From an uncultured Gemmatimonadales bacterium (GTDB lineage Bacteria > Gemmatimonadota > Gemmatimonadetes > Gemmatimonadales > GWC2-71-9), in assembly GCA_963698975.1 (NCBI GenBank), contig CAVOSV010000001.1, positions 482,514-546,513 of the forward strand: a stretch of DNA of 64,000 nt. Direction: 5' to 3'. The notes below the pieces were generated by a model, which saw only the letters and a program-made list of their open reading frames with translations, was not told the DNA's origin and made no database searches. Every line of letters starts with the position of its first letter. Within the stretch, counting starts at the first letter, position 1. The translations under genes were made by a program, and so were the position numbers. This document shows, piece after piece, positions 18,005-28,741 of this stretch.

Positions 18005-18579
18005 TGTGGCGCAGTCAGGTTGTTGCCCCCGGCGGTGATCTCGAACTCATCCCGCCGGTTCTGGGCGTAAGCGGTCTCGTCATTTCCCGGGTTCAGCGGC
18101 CGCTCCTCACCGTAGGACACGACTTCGAGGCGGGCCGCGTCCACGCCCTTGTTCTCCAGATACCGCTTGGCCGCGGCGGCGCGACGGTTCCCCAGCGCAA
18201 GGTTGTACTCGTCTGATCCGCGCTCGTCGGCATGACCGGCGATCCGAAGCTTGACTTGGGGATTGGCGGCCAGGATGGCGGCCTTGCGATCCAGCGTTTG
18301 CTGATCCGCAGTACGAACCACCGCTTGGTCATAATCGAAGTTGATCATGGCGGAGAGATCGGCCGACACCGTGCGGGCCTTTTCTGCGGCCTCGCGTTCC
18401 ATCCGCTCCTTTTCCAGCCGGTCCCGCTCGGCGCTATCGTCCACCGGCTCCGGAGGCGGAGTAGGCGCTGCAGTGGGCGTGGGCTCAGGAGCCGGCTCTT
18501 CCGGAGCGGCCTTTCCACCGCAGGCGACGGCAAATGCGGCGGCAGTCAAGAGCATCAGCAGGGATGGTGCTCGCATCAT
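18001..18579 (-). CDS. pal: Peptidoglycan-associated lipoprotein Pal (OmpA-like C-domain)
   Basis: Start taken at MMRAPSLLMLLTAAAFAVAC|GG (lipobox). OmpA-like motifs are INFDYDQAVV...LRIAGHADERGSDEYNLALGNRRA. The ORF-track start at 18930 lies inside tolB. Confidence 0.88.
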   Translation of the reverse strand: MMRAPSLLMLLTAAAFAVACGGKAAPEEPAPEPTPTAAPTPPPEPVDDSAERDRLEKERMEREAAEKARTVSADLSAMINFDYDQAVVRTADQQTLDRKAAILAANPQVKLRIAGHADERGSDEYNLALGNRRAAAAKRYLENKGVDAARLEVVSYGEERPLNPGNDETAYAQNRRDEFEITAGGNNLTAPQ

Positions 18580-18589
18580 CACTCCGAAA

Positions 18590-19918
18590 TCATGGGTTGG
18601 GGACGGGAGTGGTCCGCCCGAGTCGGCGAGACCACGCTGGAAGCCGAGCGGCGCCGGGCGTACCCAGTTGCCGCACTCGACCGGTTTCGATGTCGACAAT
18701 CCACATCTGACGGCGGCCGCTTCGGTCGGAAATGAAGGCCACGTGGCGCCCGTCAGGCGACCAGGTAGGATCTTCGTTCCTGCCCGAAGAGGTGAGCTGC
18801 CGAACCCGCCGTGCCGCGACGTCGACCAGGAAGATTTGGGGGCTACCGGAGACCTCGCGATGGAACACAACACTGGCCCCGTCCGGGGACCACTCGGGAG
18901 CATTCGAACTTCCTGTGGCGCCATAGTCAAACGGCGCCAGCAGCTCCTGATCGGTTCCGTCCGCTGCCATTACGTACAACTGAGGCGGCCCTGCCCGCGT
19001 TGAAATGAACGCGATGCGCCGCCCATCTGGCGAAAACGTTGGGCTTAAGTTGTCCGCGAAGCGTCCCACGGTCAAGCGTTGCGCGCAGCAGCGCTCGACC
19101 ACATTCGCGGTGTAGATGTCGGTTCCCTTTTCGTCCGAATGGGCAAAGGCGAGGGTGCGTCCGTCGGGTGAGAAGGCGGGCGTAATATTGAGCGCCGTTT
19201 GGGAGCCTGGAACCAAGAAGCCCGCTCCCCCACTCAGGGGTTGCACCACGATCCCCCCTTTGCCTTCTCCCATCTGGGTAAAAGCCAGGCGTTGGCCATC
19301 GGGCGACCAGGCCGGAGAGAGCGAGGTCTGGCCAGCCGGCGTCAGCGGAGCGATGTCCTCTCCGTCGCTGTCGACCCGATATACCCGACCGGCAGACACG
19401 AACATCAAGCGGCTGGCCGCTGCTCCCGGGCTTCCGCTCGCCCAGCGTGCCACTTCGTCGGATAAACGGTGGACCTCGAGCCGAAAGTCCACGGCTGTCG
19501 TGGCCGGGAGCGTGACGGATTTCTGACTTTGCATCTTGGCTTCGCCGAGATCGTGCATCCGGGCTGTCACCCCGCTCGATGCCGGAATCAGCTCCACCGC
19601 GAACTGGGCACCGAGGGAGCGATACAGCTCGTAGTTCACTCCAGCCGCTGCCTCGGCAGACCCGCGACCACTGGCGGAGCCCTGAGGCAGATCGGCCACG
19701 GTAATCATCTCGAAACGGTCGGTGTAATCCAGGTCTCGCCGGACCATGGCACGCACCGAATCGAGCCCGGTACCAGGCACAACAACCAGGCCGGGCCGCA
19801 TTCCGGGCCGATAATCCACGCCGATCCGGACGCCCTCCTCCACGCGAGTCGTGTCCTGCGCTAACACTGTTCCGGAGGTGACCACCAGGCCAAGCAGGAA
19901 AAACGAGAATTTGATCAT
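18590..19918 (-). CDS. tolB: Tol-Pal system beta-propeller protein TolB
   Basis: 442 aa with a signal peptide and repeated PAWSPDG/PTFSPDG/PEWSPDG/PTWSPDG propeller blades. It sits between the tolA-like gene and pal. Confidence 0.9.
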   Translation of the reverse strand: MIKFSFFLLGLVVTSGTVLAQDTTRVEEGVRIGVDYRPGMRPGLVVVPGTGLDSVRAMVRRDLDYTDRFEMITVADLPQGSASGRGSAEAAAGVNYELYRSLGAQFAVELIPASSGVTARMHDLGEAKMQSQKSVTLPATTAVDFRLEVHRLSDEVARWASGSPGAAASRLMFVSAGRVYRVDSDGEDIAPLTPAGQTSLSPAWSPDGQRLAFTQMGEGKGGIVVQPLSGGAGFLVPGSQTALNITPAFSPDGRTLAFAHSDEKGTDIYTANVVERCCAQRLTVGRFADNLSPTFSPDGRRIAFISTRAGPPQLYVMAADGTDQELLAPFDYGATGSSNAPEWSPDGASVVFHREVSGSPQIFLVDVAARRVRQLTSSGRNEDPTWSPDGRHVAFISDRSGRRQMWIVDIETGRVRQLGTPGAARLPAWSRRLGRTTPVPNP

Positions 19919-20610
19919 TGAGTCGGCTTGAAGTAGAAGCTCACCGGGAGCACGTCAGCATCCCAGCCATCAGGCAACGGGCCAAAGGCCCGGGTGTTGC
20001 CCGCGGCCTCGACGGCGCCCTGGGCGTTCAAATCGAACGCAAAGCTGCCCGAACGAGTGACAAAATGAATGTCCCGGACGGATCCATCCCTCAGAATCAA
20101 GAAGCTGATCTCCGCGAAATTGCGTTGGTTGGCTGACGCCCGGTCCCAACGCTGGTAGATCTGGGTCACGATGTTCCGCAGGTATTCCGGATAGGGAAAC
20201 GCCAAGCCCGGTGTCTTGATTGTCGCTACATCGCTGCCGGTGCTGGGCGTCTCTCCCGGAGCCGGAGTTGCGGGGGACGTCGTTTTGGGTGGCGGCTCCT
20301 TCTTCTCTTCGGGCGGTGGCGGCGGCGTCTTGGGCTTCGGGAGCGCCGGCGCCTTTGTCGGTTTGGGCGGCGTAGGTTTCACCGGGGCCGGCTTCTCCTC
20401 CGGCGGCGGCGTGGGCAGCGCCTCACGGGCCAGTCGCTTCTGCGTCGGCGCGGGAGCGGCTACCAGATCCACCGCATAGGTTGGAGGCGCCGCCTTGCTC
20501 GGCTTGACGGTGGCGAGAAGAAATCCGACCGCAGCCGCGTGTACCAGGAGGGTCCCGACCATTCCAGCCGCACGACCCGGCGGCTCCCGGTCGGAACTCC
20601 GAATCTTCAC
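19915..20610 (-). CDS. TonB-family energy transducer in the TolA position
   Basis: 231 aa with an N-terminal TM, a Pro/Lys-rich spacer (PPPEEKPAPVKPTPPKPTKAP...) and a TonB-C-like domain (YPEYLRN...ISFLILRDGSV). It is placed between tolR and tolB. Confidence 0.75.
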   Translation of the reverse strand: MKIRSSDREPPGRAAGMVGTLLVHAAAVGFLLATVKPSKAAPPTYAVDLVAAPAPTQKRLAREALPTPPPEEKPAPVKPTPPKPTKAPALPKPKTPPPPPEEKKEPPPKTTSPATPAPGETPSTGSDVATIKTPGLAFPYPEYLRNIVTQIYQRWDRASANQRNFAEISFLILRDGSVRDIHFVTRSGSFAFDLNAQGAVEAAGNTRAFGPLPDGWDADVLPVSFYFKPTQ

Positions 20611-21038
20611 GGCGATTCTTCCTCGGCGGCCACAAGTCCCACGTTCTGCACTCCGGCAGTCCGGATTACCGCCAACACCCGCACCACTTCGCCGTAGGGT
20701 ACTCGAGTGTCCGCCTGCAGGTACACCCCGCTGGGTTTACGGGTGGCCACCAGCGACCGAAAGGTGACCCGGAAATCAGTGTAGGACACTGGAGTTTGGT
20801 CAATGAAAATGCGGCCGTCCCGATTGACCGTCACCACCATGCCCTCCTTGGGGGAAAGAGGTCGGGCCTCAGCGCGAGGAAGCTCAACGTCAACCCCGCC
20901 TTGCATGATTGGTGCCGTAATCATGAAGATAATCAGAAGCACCAGCATAACGTCCACCAATGAGGTGACGTTGACGTCGGCCATAAGCGGGAGTTCCCCG
21001 CGCTGACTGCCCAATCCTCCACCGAGACTCGCCGCCAT
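20607..21038 (-). CDS. tolR: Biopolymer transport protein ExbD/TolR
   Basis: 143 aa. NVTSLVDVMLVLLIIFMITAP is the TM containing the conserved Asp, characteristic of the ExbD/TolR family. Confidence 0.88.
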   Translation of the reverse strand: MAASLGGGLGSQRGELPLMADVNVTSLVDVMLVLLIIFMITAPIMQGGVDVELPRAEARPLSPKEGMVVTVNRDGRIFIDQTPVSYTDFRVTFRSLVATRKPSGVYLQADTRVPYGEVVRVLAVIRTAGVQNVGLVAAEEESP

Positions 21039-21751
21039 CAGACCAGTCCCTCCCGCGCCATGGTTCCGATCATCTCGTTGGCGAAGCCTTCCAGCTCGCC
21101 GGCAAACAGGCGGACTCGGTTGACATAGAGGTTATAGGCAATGACCGCTGGGATTGCCGCTATCAGGCCGCCCGCGGTGGCCACCAGAGCCTCCGCCACA
21201 CCGGGTGCAACCGCGGCAAGATTACCGGATCCCTTCGAGGCGATGCCGATAAAGGCGCTCATGATGCCGAACACGGTTCCGGTCAGGCCCAGCAGGGGGC
21301 TGACCGAACCGATAGTGGCGAGCCAAGGGATGTAATGTCCCAGCAGGTCGCGCTCAGCGGCCACTTCCTTGCCCAGCACCATCTTCAATGCCTCGAGCTG
21401 GGTCATCGTGAGCGTGCTGCGGTCGGCGCCCCGCTCATCCCGGAGGGCTCCTGGACGAAGCTCCGAATAGAAAGTCACCGCCTCCCGAAACAGCCGATTG
21501 TAGGGCGAGGGGGGCAGCTTCATGACCGCGTGATACGCATCCTTGAGCCTGGTGGTGCGCTCCATTTCGGTGAAGAAACGGTCGGCTTGGCGATTCAGCT
21601 TGCGAAACTGCCACCATTTGAGAATGATGATGAACCAGGAGATCAGAGAGAACAGCGCGGTAACTACGAGAACGATCTTCGTCTCCGGACTCGAGGACAG
21701 GATCAGCTCGAGCGGGGACTGCGGAACCGCACCGCCTGATTGCTGAATCAC
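21038..21751 (-). CDS. tolQ: MotA/TolQ/ExbB proton-channel protein
   Basis: 237 aa with three TMs. The conserved C-terminal region is LATIGSVSPLLGLTGTVFGIM...VAPGVAEALVATAGGL. Confidence 0.88.
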   Translation of the reverse strand: MIQQSGGAVPQSPLELILSSSPETKIVLVVTALFSLISWFIIILKWWQFRKLNRQADRFFTEMERTTRLKDAYHAVMKLPPSPYNRLFREAVTFYSELRPGALRDERGADRSTLTMTQLEALKMVLGKEVAAERDLLGHYIPWLATIGSVSPLLGLTGTVFGIMSAFIGIASKGSGNLAAVAPGVAEALVATAGGLIAAIPAVIAYNLYVNRVRLFAGELEGFANEMIGTMAREGLV

Positions 21752-22701
21752 GCTGCCTCCGCCTTGAACCAGTCCACCAGCTCCCGCAGACCGTCATCGA
21801 AGGCGTACTCGGGCGTCCAGCCCAGCACTCTCTTGGCCTTGCTCACGTCCAGTGCGCTACGGAAGAGCTCGCCGGCTCGAGGCGGAGCAAACTCCATCCG
21901 CGGTTTCTTCTGCCCCATGACCTCTCCCACTACCTGGGCCAGCTCGAGGACGCTGCGCTGCCGCGAGGTGGCGATGTTGAAGGCGGGGGCATCGAGCGCG
22001 GTGCCCTGAGGCGCGGGCACGGTGCTGGCCAGCACGTTAGCCCGGGCCACGTCCTTCACGAACACATAGTCCCGGGTCTGTTTCCCGTCTCCGAACACAA
22101 CGAGAGGCTCGCCGGCCAGAAGCCGCGACACGAAGATCGAAACCACTCCGGCTTCCGACTTGGGATCTTGCCTGGGACCGAACACGTTGGCATAGCGCAT
22201 CGCGATCCCCTCGAACCCCCGAAGCGCGGCCAGAGCGCGCAGGTAGTACTCGCCCGAGAGCTTGCTCACGCCATAAGGAGACACCGGGAGCTTGGGCGCG
22301 GTCTCCGGTGTAGGTATGACCTCGGGGTCACCATAGACCACTCCGCCGCTGCTGGCAAAGATGAATCTTCGCACCCCGCCCTCACCCGCGCCCTCAAGGA
22401 GATTGACCAGACCCACCACGTTGATTTCGCTGTCGAACGCCGGGCGGTCCACTGAAACCCGAACATCGATCTGCGCCGCGTGATGGTTGATGACATCGAA
22501 ACGACCCGTAGCGATGGTGCCTCGCGCCTCAGGTGAGCGGATATCCGCGCGCACGAAGCGGGCTCCCCGTGGAACGTTCTTCTCCTGCCCCCGGGAGAGA
22601 TCGTCCAGGACCACCACCTCCCATCCTCCCGCGAGATATGCCTCGGCAATATGGGATCCGATGAAGCCTGCCCCACCCGTCACCAGTACCCGGCCACTCA
22701 T
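21748..22701 (-). CDS. NAD-dependent sugar epimerase (GalE/SDR family)
   Basis: 317 aa with VLVTGGAGFIGSH (Rossmann fold), the YGVSK catalytic motif, and ANVFGPRQ. It overlaps the tolQ start by 4 nt. Confidence 0.85.
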   Translation of the reverse strand: MSGRVLVTGGAGFIGSHIAEAYLAGGWEVVVLDDLSRGQEKNVPRGARFVRADIRSPEARGTIATGRFDVINHHAAQIDVRVSVDRPAFDSEINVVGLVNLLEGAGEGGVRRFIFASSGGVVYGDPEVIPTPETAPKLPVSPYGVSKLSGEYYLRALAALRGFEGIAMRYANVFGPRQDPKSEAGVVSIFVSRLLAGEPLVVFGDGKQTRDYVFVKDVARANVLASTVPAPQGTALDAPAFNIATSRQRSVLELAQVVGEVMGQKKPRMEFAPPRAGELFRSALDVSKAKRVLGWTPEYAFDDGLRELVDWFKAEAA

Positions 22702-22871
22702 GCTTCACATCTCCGCATGCCATCTCTCCACAGCTAAGGGGTGCCTGCCGGCCGCTGAACGCCCCGCAATATAGAACTGGGGTGTAGGCGCGGAAGCGGG
22801 TGGGCTGGCAGCCGAGGCAGTAGGGCCGCGGCAGCGATGAGGTAGCAACCTGATTCTGCGGAGTTGAGACC

Positions 22872-22904
22872 CAAATAAAAGAGCCGACCGCAGTCGGTCG
22901 GCTC
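22872..22904 (-). terminator. Intrinsic terminator downstream of the LysM gene
   Basis: Perfect 10-bp stem GAGCCGACCG-cagt-CGGTCGGCTC. On the - strand it is followed by TTTTATTT. Confidence 0.75.
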
Positions 22905-22949
22905 TACTAGACGAATTCCAGGGCTGGCGTGTTGCCGGCCGCCCCGCTG

Positions 22950-24242
22950 TTACTGCGGCAGCTTGGCCACCTGCATGACATCGGTCCCGGGCTGGATGTC
23001 CGGGGAAACTACATTGAGCAATACGCCGGTGGCCGTGTGATCGCGCATGTGGACGATCTGCATGGTTGCCATCACCTCATTCACCCGGATCAGTCCGTCG
23101 GGGGTGCGACCAGGCCGGCGGCGCATCTCGAAGATATCGCCCGGAGAAACACCATCCTGCCGACCCTTATTGATGAACACCACCATCTGGGGCTCCTTGA
23201 GATCTTGGCGCCCCAAACCACCGATGAACGTCCCCCGTACTCCGTCGGAGACCGGCACGGCCCGATTACCCGTTCCGGGATTAAAGCTCTCGAGCGGAAG
23301 GGTTCGCTGACCATTGCGGATGGGACCGAAAGTGGAAACGATCCTCGCGATGTAGTGCTCGTCGACCGCCTCGTTGACCACGGCGATTCCCGTGGGAACG
23401 ATCACGTGTCCGAACGGGTCGATTTCTCCGCCCACCTGCAGAAGCAGCAAGCTGTCACCCACCGCATACGTGGCCCCGGATGGGGCCTCCAGGGAGATGC
23501 TGGTGAAGGGCAGCGCATTGGCGCGTCCGTTGACCGCCCTGATCTGCTGCGGTGTGACCGGACCGATCACCCGCCCATAGGGAAGGCGCTGGTTCTCGGT
23601 CAGAAATCCCGATGCATAGAATTCACTCCGCCGAAGCGGACGGTAGGCCTGATGCGTGTAAGCCTTGAGAATTTCCGATACCTTCTGAGGCTTGCGCTCA
23701 GGGAAGAGCGGCCCCTGCTCGGCGTCATCGGCTTCGGCCATGGAGGGCTGCTGGGGGCCGCGGGCCAGGGCGTCGGTGGAATCCGCTCCGCTCCCCCGCG
23801 CGCTATCCGCCACCAGGCTGCTCGAATCCCCCTCAACCTGAGGTACCGGCGTATCCATGGTGGGAACGGCGGCCACGTTGTCAACCGGCGCGATGCGCAG
23901 GATCTCGCCCGGATAAATCCAATGCGGATCCTCGACCACATCCGTATTCAGCCGATAAATACCGGGCCAGAGGAAGGGATCACGAAGGTAGTGCTGCGCC
24001 AGATCCCACAGGGTATCACCCTTGCGGACCGTGTGAGTCTGTGGAAGCGGTCCTTTGCTGAGACTGTCCCGCGTTGCCATTGGGGTTATCGCCGCGGGCG
24101 CCGAGTCACGAGCGACCGCTGCAGAGTCCTGTGCCATGCCGACCGAAGCCGGCGCCGTTACGCCCAGCGCCGTCAACCACCCGAACAGGTGCATCCGGCG
24201 AGCTGAGCGCCGGTTCGACTGGCGGGAACAGTTGCGCGGCAT
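22950..24242 (-). CDS. LysM-domain secreted protein
   Basis: The LysM motif is HTVRKGDTLWDLAQHYLRDPFLWPGIYRLN...IYPGEILRI. The signal-like N-terminus is MHLFGWLTALGVTAPASVGMAQD. The start is uncertain (24242, 24194 or 24347). Confidence 0.75.
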   Translation of the reverse strand: MPRNCSRQSNRRSARRMHLFGWLTALGVTAPASVGMAQDSAAVARDSAPAAITPMATRDSLSKGPLPQTHTVRKGDTLWDLAQHYLRDPFLWPGIYRLNTDVVEDPHWIYPGEILRIAPVDNVAAVPTMDTPVPQVEGDSSSLVADSARGSGADSTDALARGPQQPSMAEADDAEQGPLFPERKPQKVSEILKAYTHQAYRPLRRSEFYASGFLTENQRLPYGRVIGPVTPQQIRAVNGRANALPFTSISLEAPSGATYAVGDSLLLLQVGGEIDPFGHVIVPTGIAVVNEAVDEHYIARIVSTFGPIRNGQRTLPLESFNPGTGNRAVPVSDGVRGTFIGGLGRQDLKEPQMVVFINKGRQDGVSPGDIFEMRRRPGRTPDGLIRVNEVMATMQIVHMRDHTATGVLLNVVSPDIQPGTDVMQVAKLPQ

Positions 24243-24536
24243 GCGGATCTCCCAGCGGTGTCGCTGTGTAGTGAAGGAAACGGGTAGCCGAACGCGAAGC
24301 TTCGCGGTCGGAAGCGCAAATTCAACGCCACTCGAGGACCACATCAACCGAGATGCCTAAATTGTTGAGGCGCTTGAGACTTGGTAGGTTTACTTCAACC
24401 TGATACTCGCTCGCCGAACTCTGGCGATCGGCGGGAGGACTGGCATCTCCCCACCGGGGAGGCGGTGGTGGCGGGAAGTGGGGGAGGTAGCCCCAGGGAG
24501 CCTACCTCCTCGCTTCCACCCTTCCTGTGTAGCCAC

Positions 24537-25019
24537 TTAAAACGGCAGATCGTCGTCTTCCGCGTCCAGGGCCTCAGGGAAGTCGTCGAAGCCTTCCTTG
24601 CCTTTAGGCCCCGCTGCACCGGCCGCCACCTTGGGTGCGGAGAACGCCTCCGAGCCATCACCGCGACCGGATAACAGGATGAGCTCACGGCCGTTGATTT
24701 CGGTGGTGTACCGGGTCTGTCCCTCACGATCTTGCCACGAGCGGTATTCGATACTTCCCTCGACGTACACCTTGTCTCCCTTTTTGCAGAAGCGCTCGGC
24801 GATATCGGCCAGAGTGGAGAATTTGGTGTTCCAGAACACTACCCGATGCCATTCCGTCTTTTCCTGCTTCTCACCAGCCTGGTTTTTCCATTGCCGGCTG
24901 GTAGCGATCGAGAGGGTGGCGACCCGCGAGCCGTTGGCAGTGCTGCGAACTTCCGGATCAGCCCCGAGATTCCCGATCAAAATGGCCTTGTTCAGACTGC
25001 GACTCACAGGTACCTCCAA
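24537..25019 (-). CDS. ssb: Single-stranded DNA-binding protein
   Basis: 160 aa with the OB fold LNKAILIGNLGADPEVR...TEWHRVVFW and an acidic tail ending DDDLPF. Confidence 0.93.
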   Translation of the reverse strand: MEVPVSRSLNKAILIGNLGADPEVRSTANGSRVATLSIATSRQWKNQAGEKQEKTEWHRVVFWNTKFSTLADIAERFCKKGDKVYVEGSIEYRSWQDREGQTRYTTEINGRELILLSGRGDGSEAFSAPKVAAGAAGPKGKEGFDDFPEALDAEDDDLPF

Positions 25020-25111
25020 GGTTCAACAGTAAGGTCCAACGAAGCGGGTCTGCGGATAATATAGGCCTGGGCCGAACGGCTTCAACCAAAGTCCCGCCCA
25101 GGATGCTGTTT

Positions 25112-25576
25112 TCACGCGTGTTGTTCCAGGGGAAGCCACAGCACCAGGGCGTCCTCTCTGGGATTGCGGTAATACGCGGTGCGTTGTCCGACCGGGCGAA
25201 ATCCGGAGCTCAAGTAGAGCGCCTGCGCCGACTGGTTGGACTCCCGAACCTCCAGATAGACCTCTTCGACCCGCCGCTTGCGAAAAAACCCCAGGGCCGA
25301 GCGCAATAGCGCACGGGCCACGCCTCGGCGCCGAAAGTCGGGAGCAACCGCGAGGTTGAGCACCTCACCAGTGCCTGCCACTTCCCTGCCGATCAGGTAG
25401 CCGGCAATCCCCCGGCCGTTGCGCGCAACCAGACCGAAAGTCCAGGGCGACTCGAGCGCCTCACGAAAGCTGGCCTCGCTCCAGGGATCGCTGAAACAGC
25501 GGCGCTCGATGGCAACGAGCGGTGCTGCATCAGCCGGGACTGCCGACCGAATCCGGTAAGGGTCGTCCATGAACAC
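25112..25576 (-). CDS. rimI: Ribosomal-protein-alanine N-acetyltransferase (GNAT)
   Basis: 154 aa. The GNAT motif A is VAPDFRRRGVARALL. The context is tsaE-tsaB-rimI. Confidence 0.8.
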   Translation of the reverse strand: MFMDDPYRIRSAVPADAAPLVAIERRCFSDPWSEASFREALESPWTFGLVARNGRGIAGYLIGREVAGTGEVLNLAVAPDFRRRGVARALLRSALGFFRKRRVEEVYLEVRESNQSAQALYLSSGFRPVGQRTAYYRNPREDALVLWLPLEQHA

Positions 25577-26252
25577 TCTCCCAACGAGCCTGCGCTTCGG
25601 CCGGCCGGCCGTATACAGGCTCCCATTCCCTGACCGTGTGCACCTCGCGCGCTCCCCCCCGGAGTCCCACCAGATCCAGCAGCCGCGCGGCGTGCGGTGA
25701 TCCCTCGGGTGGACCGATTACCGGCCTTCCCGCCCACCGCTCCAGCGCCTCTACCACCGGAGGGGAAGCCTCTCCCACCAGAATGTCCGGCTGCAGACCG
25801 CAGGATACAATGTCCTCCGGCCGACGAACCGATGGGACCAGCTCAGTGCGGATGCCATCGGAATCGAACCGGTAGGCTGCGGCGTACACCTCACCCCGCA
25901 ACGCATTGGAAACAGCAAGAACCAGGAGATCGGGATGAGCCACCTGGGCCGCGCGCACCAGCAACGAGGGAGCGGTCCACAGAGGGATTCGCCTGGTGTC
26001 GACCAAGGCCTTTGCCACGGAAGCGCCCACTCGGAGCCCAGTGAAACTGCCCGGGCCGTCGCTGAGCACCAGGCCCTGCAGCGCGTCCAGATTCGATCCC
26101 GCGCGGCGGAGCAGCCGTTGCACGATAGGAAGCAACGCGCCGGCATGACGCCGGGCACCCGGAAGATTTTCCTCCAGTGCGGCCGAGCCTGAGCCCGGTT
26201 CTCCCAGAGCAACCGAGGCCCGATCGGCGGCCGTGTCCAAGGCCAGCCACAT
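25530..26252 (-). CDS. tsaB: tRNA t6A biosynthesis protein TsaB
   Basis: 240 aa reading [16 protein letters not shown]...DGPGSFTGLRVGASVAKAL, typical of TsaB/YeaZ. Confidence 0.85.
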   Translation of the reverse strand: MWLALDTAADRASVALGEPGSGSAALEENLPGARRHAGALLPIVQRLLRRAGSNLDALQGLVLSDGPGSFTGLRVGASVAKALVDTRRIPLWTAPSLLVRAAQVAHPDLLVLAVSNALRGEVYAAAYRFDSDGIRTELVPSVRRPEDIVSCGLQPDILVGEASPPVVEALERWAGRPVIGPPEGSPHAARLLDLVGLRGGAREVHTVREWEPVYGRPAEAQARWESVHGRPLPDSVGSPG

Positions 26253-26662
26253 CAGAGAACCTCCAGCCTACGCAGCTCCGGCTGAGTCACATGAGAGAGC
26301 CGGAACCTGCGGGTGGGCACCGGCAACCACTCGCCGGCACGCTCCGGCCACTCAACCAGAATAGCGTCGCCTTCGGTCAGCAAACCTTCCCAATCGAGGT
26401 CGGCTGCCTCTTCCGGCGAGCGCAGCCGAAAGCAATCCAGATGAAAGACCGGTCCCCGCGCTCCCTGGTACCGATGAACCAACGCGTAGGTTGGGCTGGT
26501 CGCTGGACGGCTGACGCCCAGGCCTCGAGTAACCGCCTTGATGAAGGTGGTCTTCCCTGCTCCGAGATCTCCCTCGAAGCTGAGCACTTCACCAGGACTG
26601 AGCCGACGGCCGAGTGCTTCGCCCTCTGCCTCGAGCTCCGCCAGGGTCAAGGGCCGGCTCAT
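26252..26662 (-). CDS. tsaE: tRNA t6A biosynthesis ATPase TsaE
   Basis: 136 aa with Walker [11 protein letters not shown] followed by [10 protein letters not shown], typical of YjeE/TsaE. Confidence 0.88.
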   Translation of the reverse strand: MSRPLTLAELEAEGEALGRRLSPGEVLSFEGDLGAGKTTFIKAVTRGLGVSRPATSPTYALVHRYQGARGPVFHLDCFRLRSPEEAADLDWEGLLTEGDAILVEWPERAGEWLPVPTRRFRLSHVTQPELRRLEVL

Positions 26663-28701
26663 GCCTGACGGCGGAGCCGGGCCGGTGCTCGACGCACATC
26701 CGGTGCACCCGCGGCCTTGAGCTCGTTCAACTGATCCCGCAGCATGGCCGCCAGCTCGAATTCGAGATTGGCCGCCGCCTCACGCATTTGTCGCTCCAGC
26801 GAGGTGATGGCCGCCGCGCGCTTGGCCGGATCGCGCAAGTCGATACGTTCCTGCGCCGCTGCTTTGGGGTCTGGCCGCTCGGTGCGCGCGTCGGCTACGT
26901 GGGTCGACAGCCGCACCTCCTCCATGCTCTTAACGATGGAGACCGGTGTGATGCCGTGCTCCAGATTGTAGGCCCGCTGAATGGCCCGGCGCCGATCCAT
27001 TTCCTCCAGCGCGCGTTGCATGGACCCGGTGATGCGATCGGCGTACAACACCGCGCGGCCGTTGATGTGCCGCGCCGCGCGCCCGATGGTCTGCACCAGG
27101 GAGCGGTCCGACCGGAGGAAGCCCTCCTGGTCTGCGTCCAGTATGGCCACGAGGGACACTTCCGGAAGATCGAGACCTTCTCGCAGCAGATTAATTCCGA
27201 CCAGAACATCGAAATCACCCAGCCGGAGACCTCGAAGGATCTCCATGCGCTCGATCGCGTCGATGTCCGAATGGAGATACCGGACCCGTACCCCCGCCTG
27301 CTGCAGGTAATCCGTGAGGTCTTCGGCCATTCGCTTGGTCAGGGTGGTGACGAGGACCCGTTCGCTCCGGGTTTCCCGCAGACGAATCTCTGCCAGCAGA
27401 TCGTCCACCTGCCCCCGCACCGGTCGGACGTCCACTTCGGGATCGAGGAGCCCGGTGGGGCGAATGATCTGCTCCACCACGACTCCCTGCGACAGCCGAA
27501 GCTCGTACTCGCCGGGCGTCGCCGAGACATTAATCATCTGCGGCGCCAGTGCCATGAACTCGTCGAACTGAAGCGGCCGGTTGTCCAGGGCGGACGGGAG
27601 CCGGAACCCATACTCCACCAGCGTGAGCTTCCGGGCTCGGTCGCCGTTATACATGCCACCGATTTGAGGTAAGCTCACGTGCGACTCGTCCACCACCACC
27701 AGAAACTCAGGCGGGAAGTAATCGATGAGGCAGGCGGGCCGTTCTCCTTCCCTGCGGCCGGTGAGATGGCGGGAATAGTTCTCGATTCCCGCGCAAGTGC
27801 CGACCTCCAGCAGCATCTCGATATCGAAGCTGGTGCGCGACTCGAGCCGCTGAGCCTCGAGCAGCTTGCCCGCGCCCTTCAGCTCACTGAGTCGGACCGC
27901 CAGCTCTTCTCGAATCGCTTTGACCGCTCGCTCAATGGTGGGCCGCTGCGTGACGAAGTGCTTGGCGGGGTAGATGGCGCACTGATTGAGCTGAACGATG
28001 GTTTCGCCGGTGAGCGGATTAATCTTGCTGATCCGCTCCACCTCATCTCCCCAAAGCTCCACCCGGATGGCCTGTTCAGCGTAGGCGGGAAAGATCTCGA
28101 TCGAGTCGCCCCGGACCCGGAAGGTTCCCTGCTCGAAGGCCACATCGTTGCGCCCATACTGGATGCGCACCAGCTCCGCCAGGATGGCATCGCGCCCCCG
28201 GTGCTCCCCCTGCTTGACGGTGACCATGAGTTTGCGGTATTCGGCCGGGTCTCCCAGACCGTAGATGGCGCTCACCGTGCCCACGATGACAACGTCCTCC
28301 CGCTCCATCAGGCTGGAGGTGGCCCTCAGCCGCAGACTCTCGATATCCTGGTTGATCGAGGCATCTTTCTCGATGTACACGTCGGTGGCTGGGACGTACG
28401 CTTCGGGCTGATAGTAGTCGTAATAGGAGACGAAATACTCTACGGCGTTTCGGGGCAGAAACTGACGCAGCTCTCCGTAGAGCTGGGCGGCCAGCGTCTT
28501 GTTGTGGGACATCACCAACGTGGGCTTGCCGTAATTGGCGATGGTATGGGCCAAGGTCATGGTTTTGCCCGACCCGGTGACCCCCAGCAAGGTCTGGTAC
28601 TTGTCTCCCCGGTGGAGACCTTCGGTCAATTCGCTTATGGCCTTGGGCTGGTCGCCGGCAGGCTGAAACGGGGCGACCACCTCGAAACGTGGACTGCTCA
28701 T
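26659..28701 (-). CDS. uvrB: Excinuclease ABC subunit B
   Basis: 680 aa reading [17 protein letters not shown]...[10 protein letters not shown], with helicase motifs (DESH) and a C-terminal UVR domain ([16 protein letters not shown]). Confidence 0.95.
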   Translation of the reverse strand: MSSPRFEVVAPFQPAGDQPKAISELTEGLHRGDKYQTLLGVTGSGKTMTLAHTIANYGKPTLVMSHNKTLAAQLYGELRQFLPRNAVEYFVSYYDYYQPEAYVPATDVYIEKDASINQDIESLRLRATSSLMEREDVVIVGTVSAIYGLGDPAEYRKLMVTVKQGEHRGRDAILAELVRIQYGRNDVAFEQGTFRVRGDSIEIFPAYAEQAIRVELWGDEVERISKINPLTGETIVQLNQCAIYPAKHFVTQRPTIERAVKAIREELAVRLSELKGAGKLLEAQRLESRTSFDIEMLLEVGTCAGIENYSRHLTGRREGERPACLIDYFPPEFLVVVDESHVSLPQIGGMYNGDRARKLTLVEYGFRLPSALDNRPLQFDEFMALAPQMINVSATPGEYELRLSQGVVVEQIIRPTGLLDPEVDVRPVRGQVDDLLAEIRLRETRSERVLVTTLTKRMAEDLTDYLQQAGVRVRYLHSDIDAIERMEILRGLRLGDFDVLVGINLLREGLDLPEVSLVAILDADQEGFLRSDRSLVQTIGRAARHINGRAVLYADRITGSMQRALEEMDRRRAIQRAYNLEHGITPVSIVKSMEEVRLSTHVADARTERPDPKAAAQERIDLRDPAKRAAAITSLERQMREAAANLEFELAAMLRDQLNELKAAGAPDVRRAPARLRRQA

Positions 28702-28741
28702 GATGGGAATATATACTGCCGGGATTTCTTCGGGAGAGCCG

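Noticed and set aside
24348-24536. A 189-bp spacer between ssb and the LysM gene contains GC-rich hairpins (GGAGGTAG...CTACCTCC and CTCCCC-ggt-GGGGAG). I considered an sRNA or a terminator.
   Set aside because: There is no T-tract after either stem, no recognisable RNA family features and no promoter-like elements. It cannot be supported from sequence alone.
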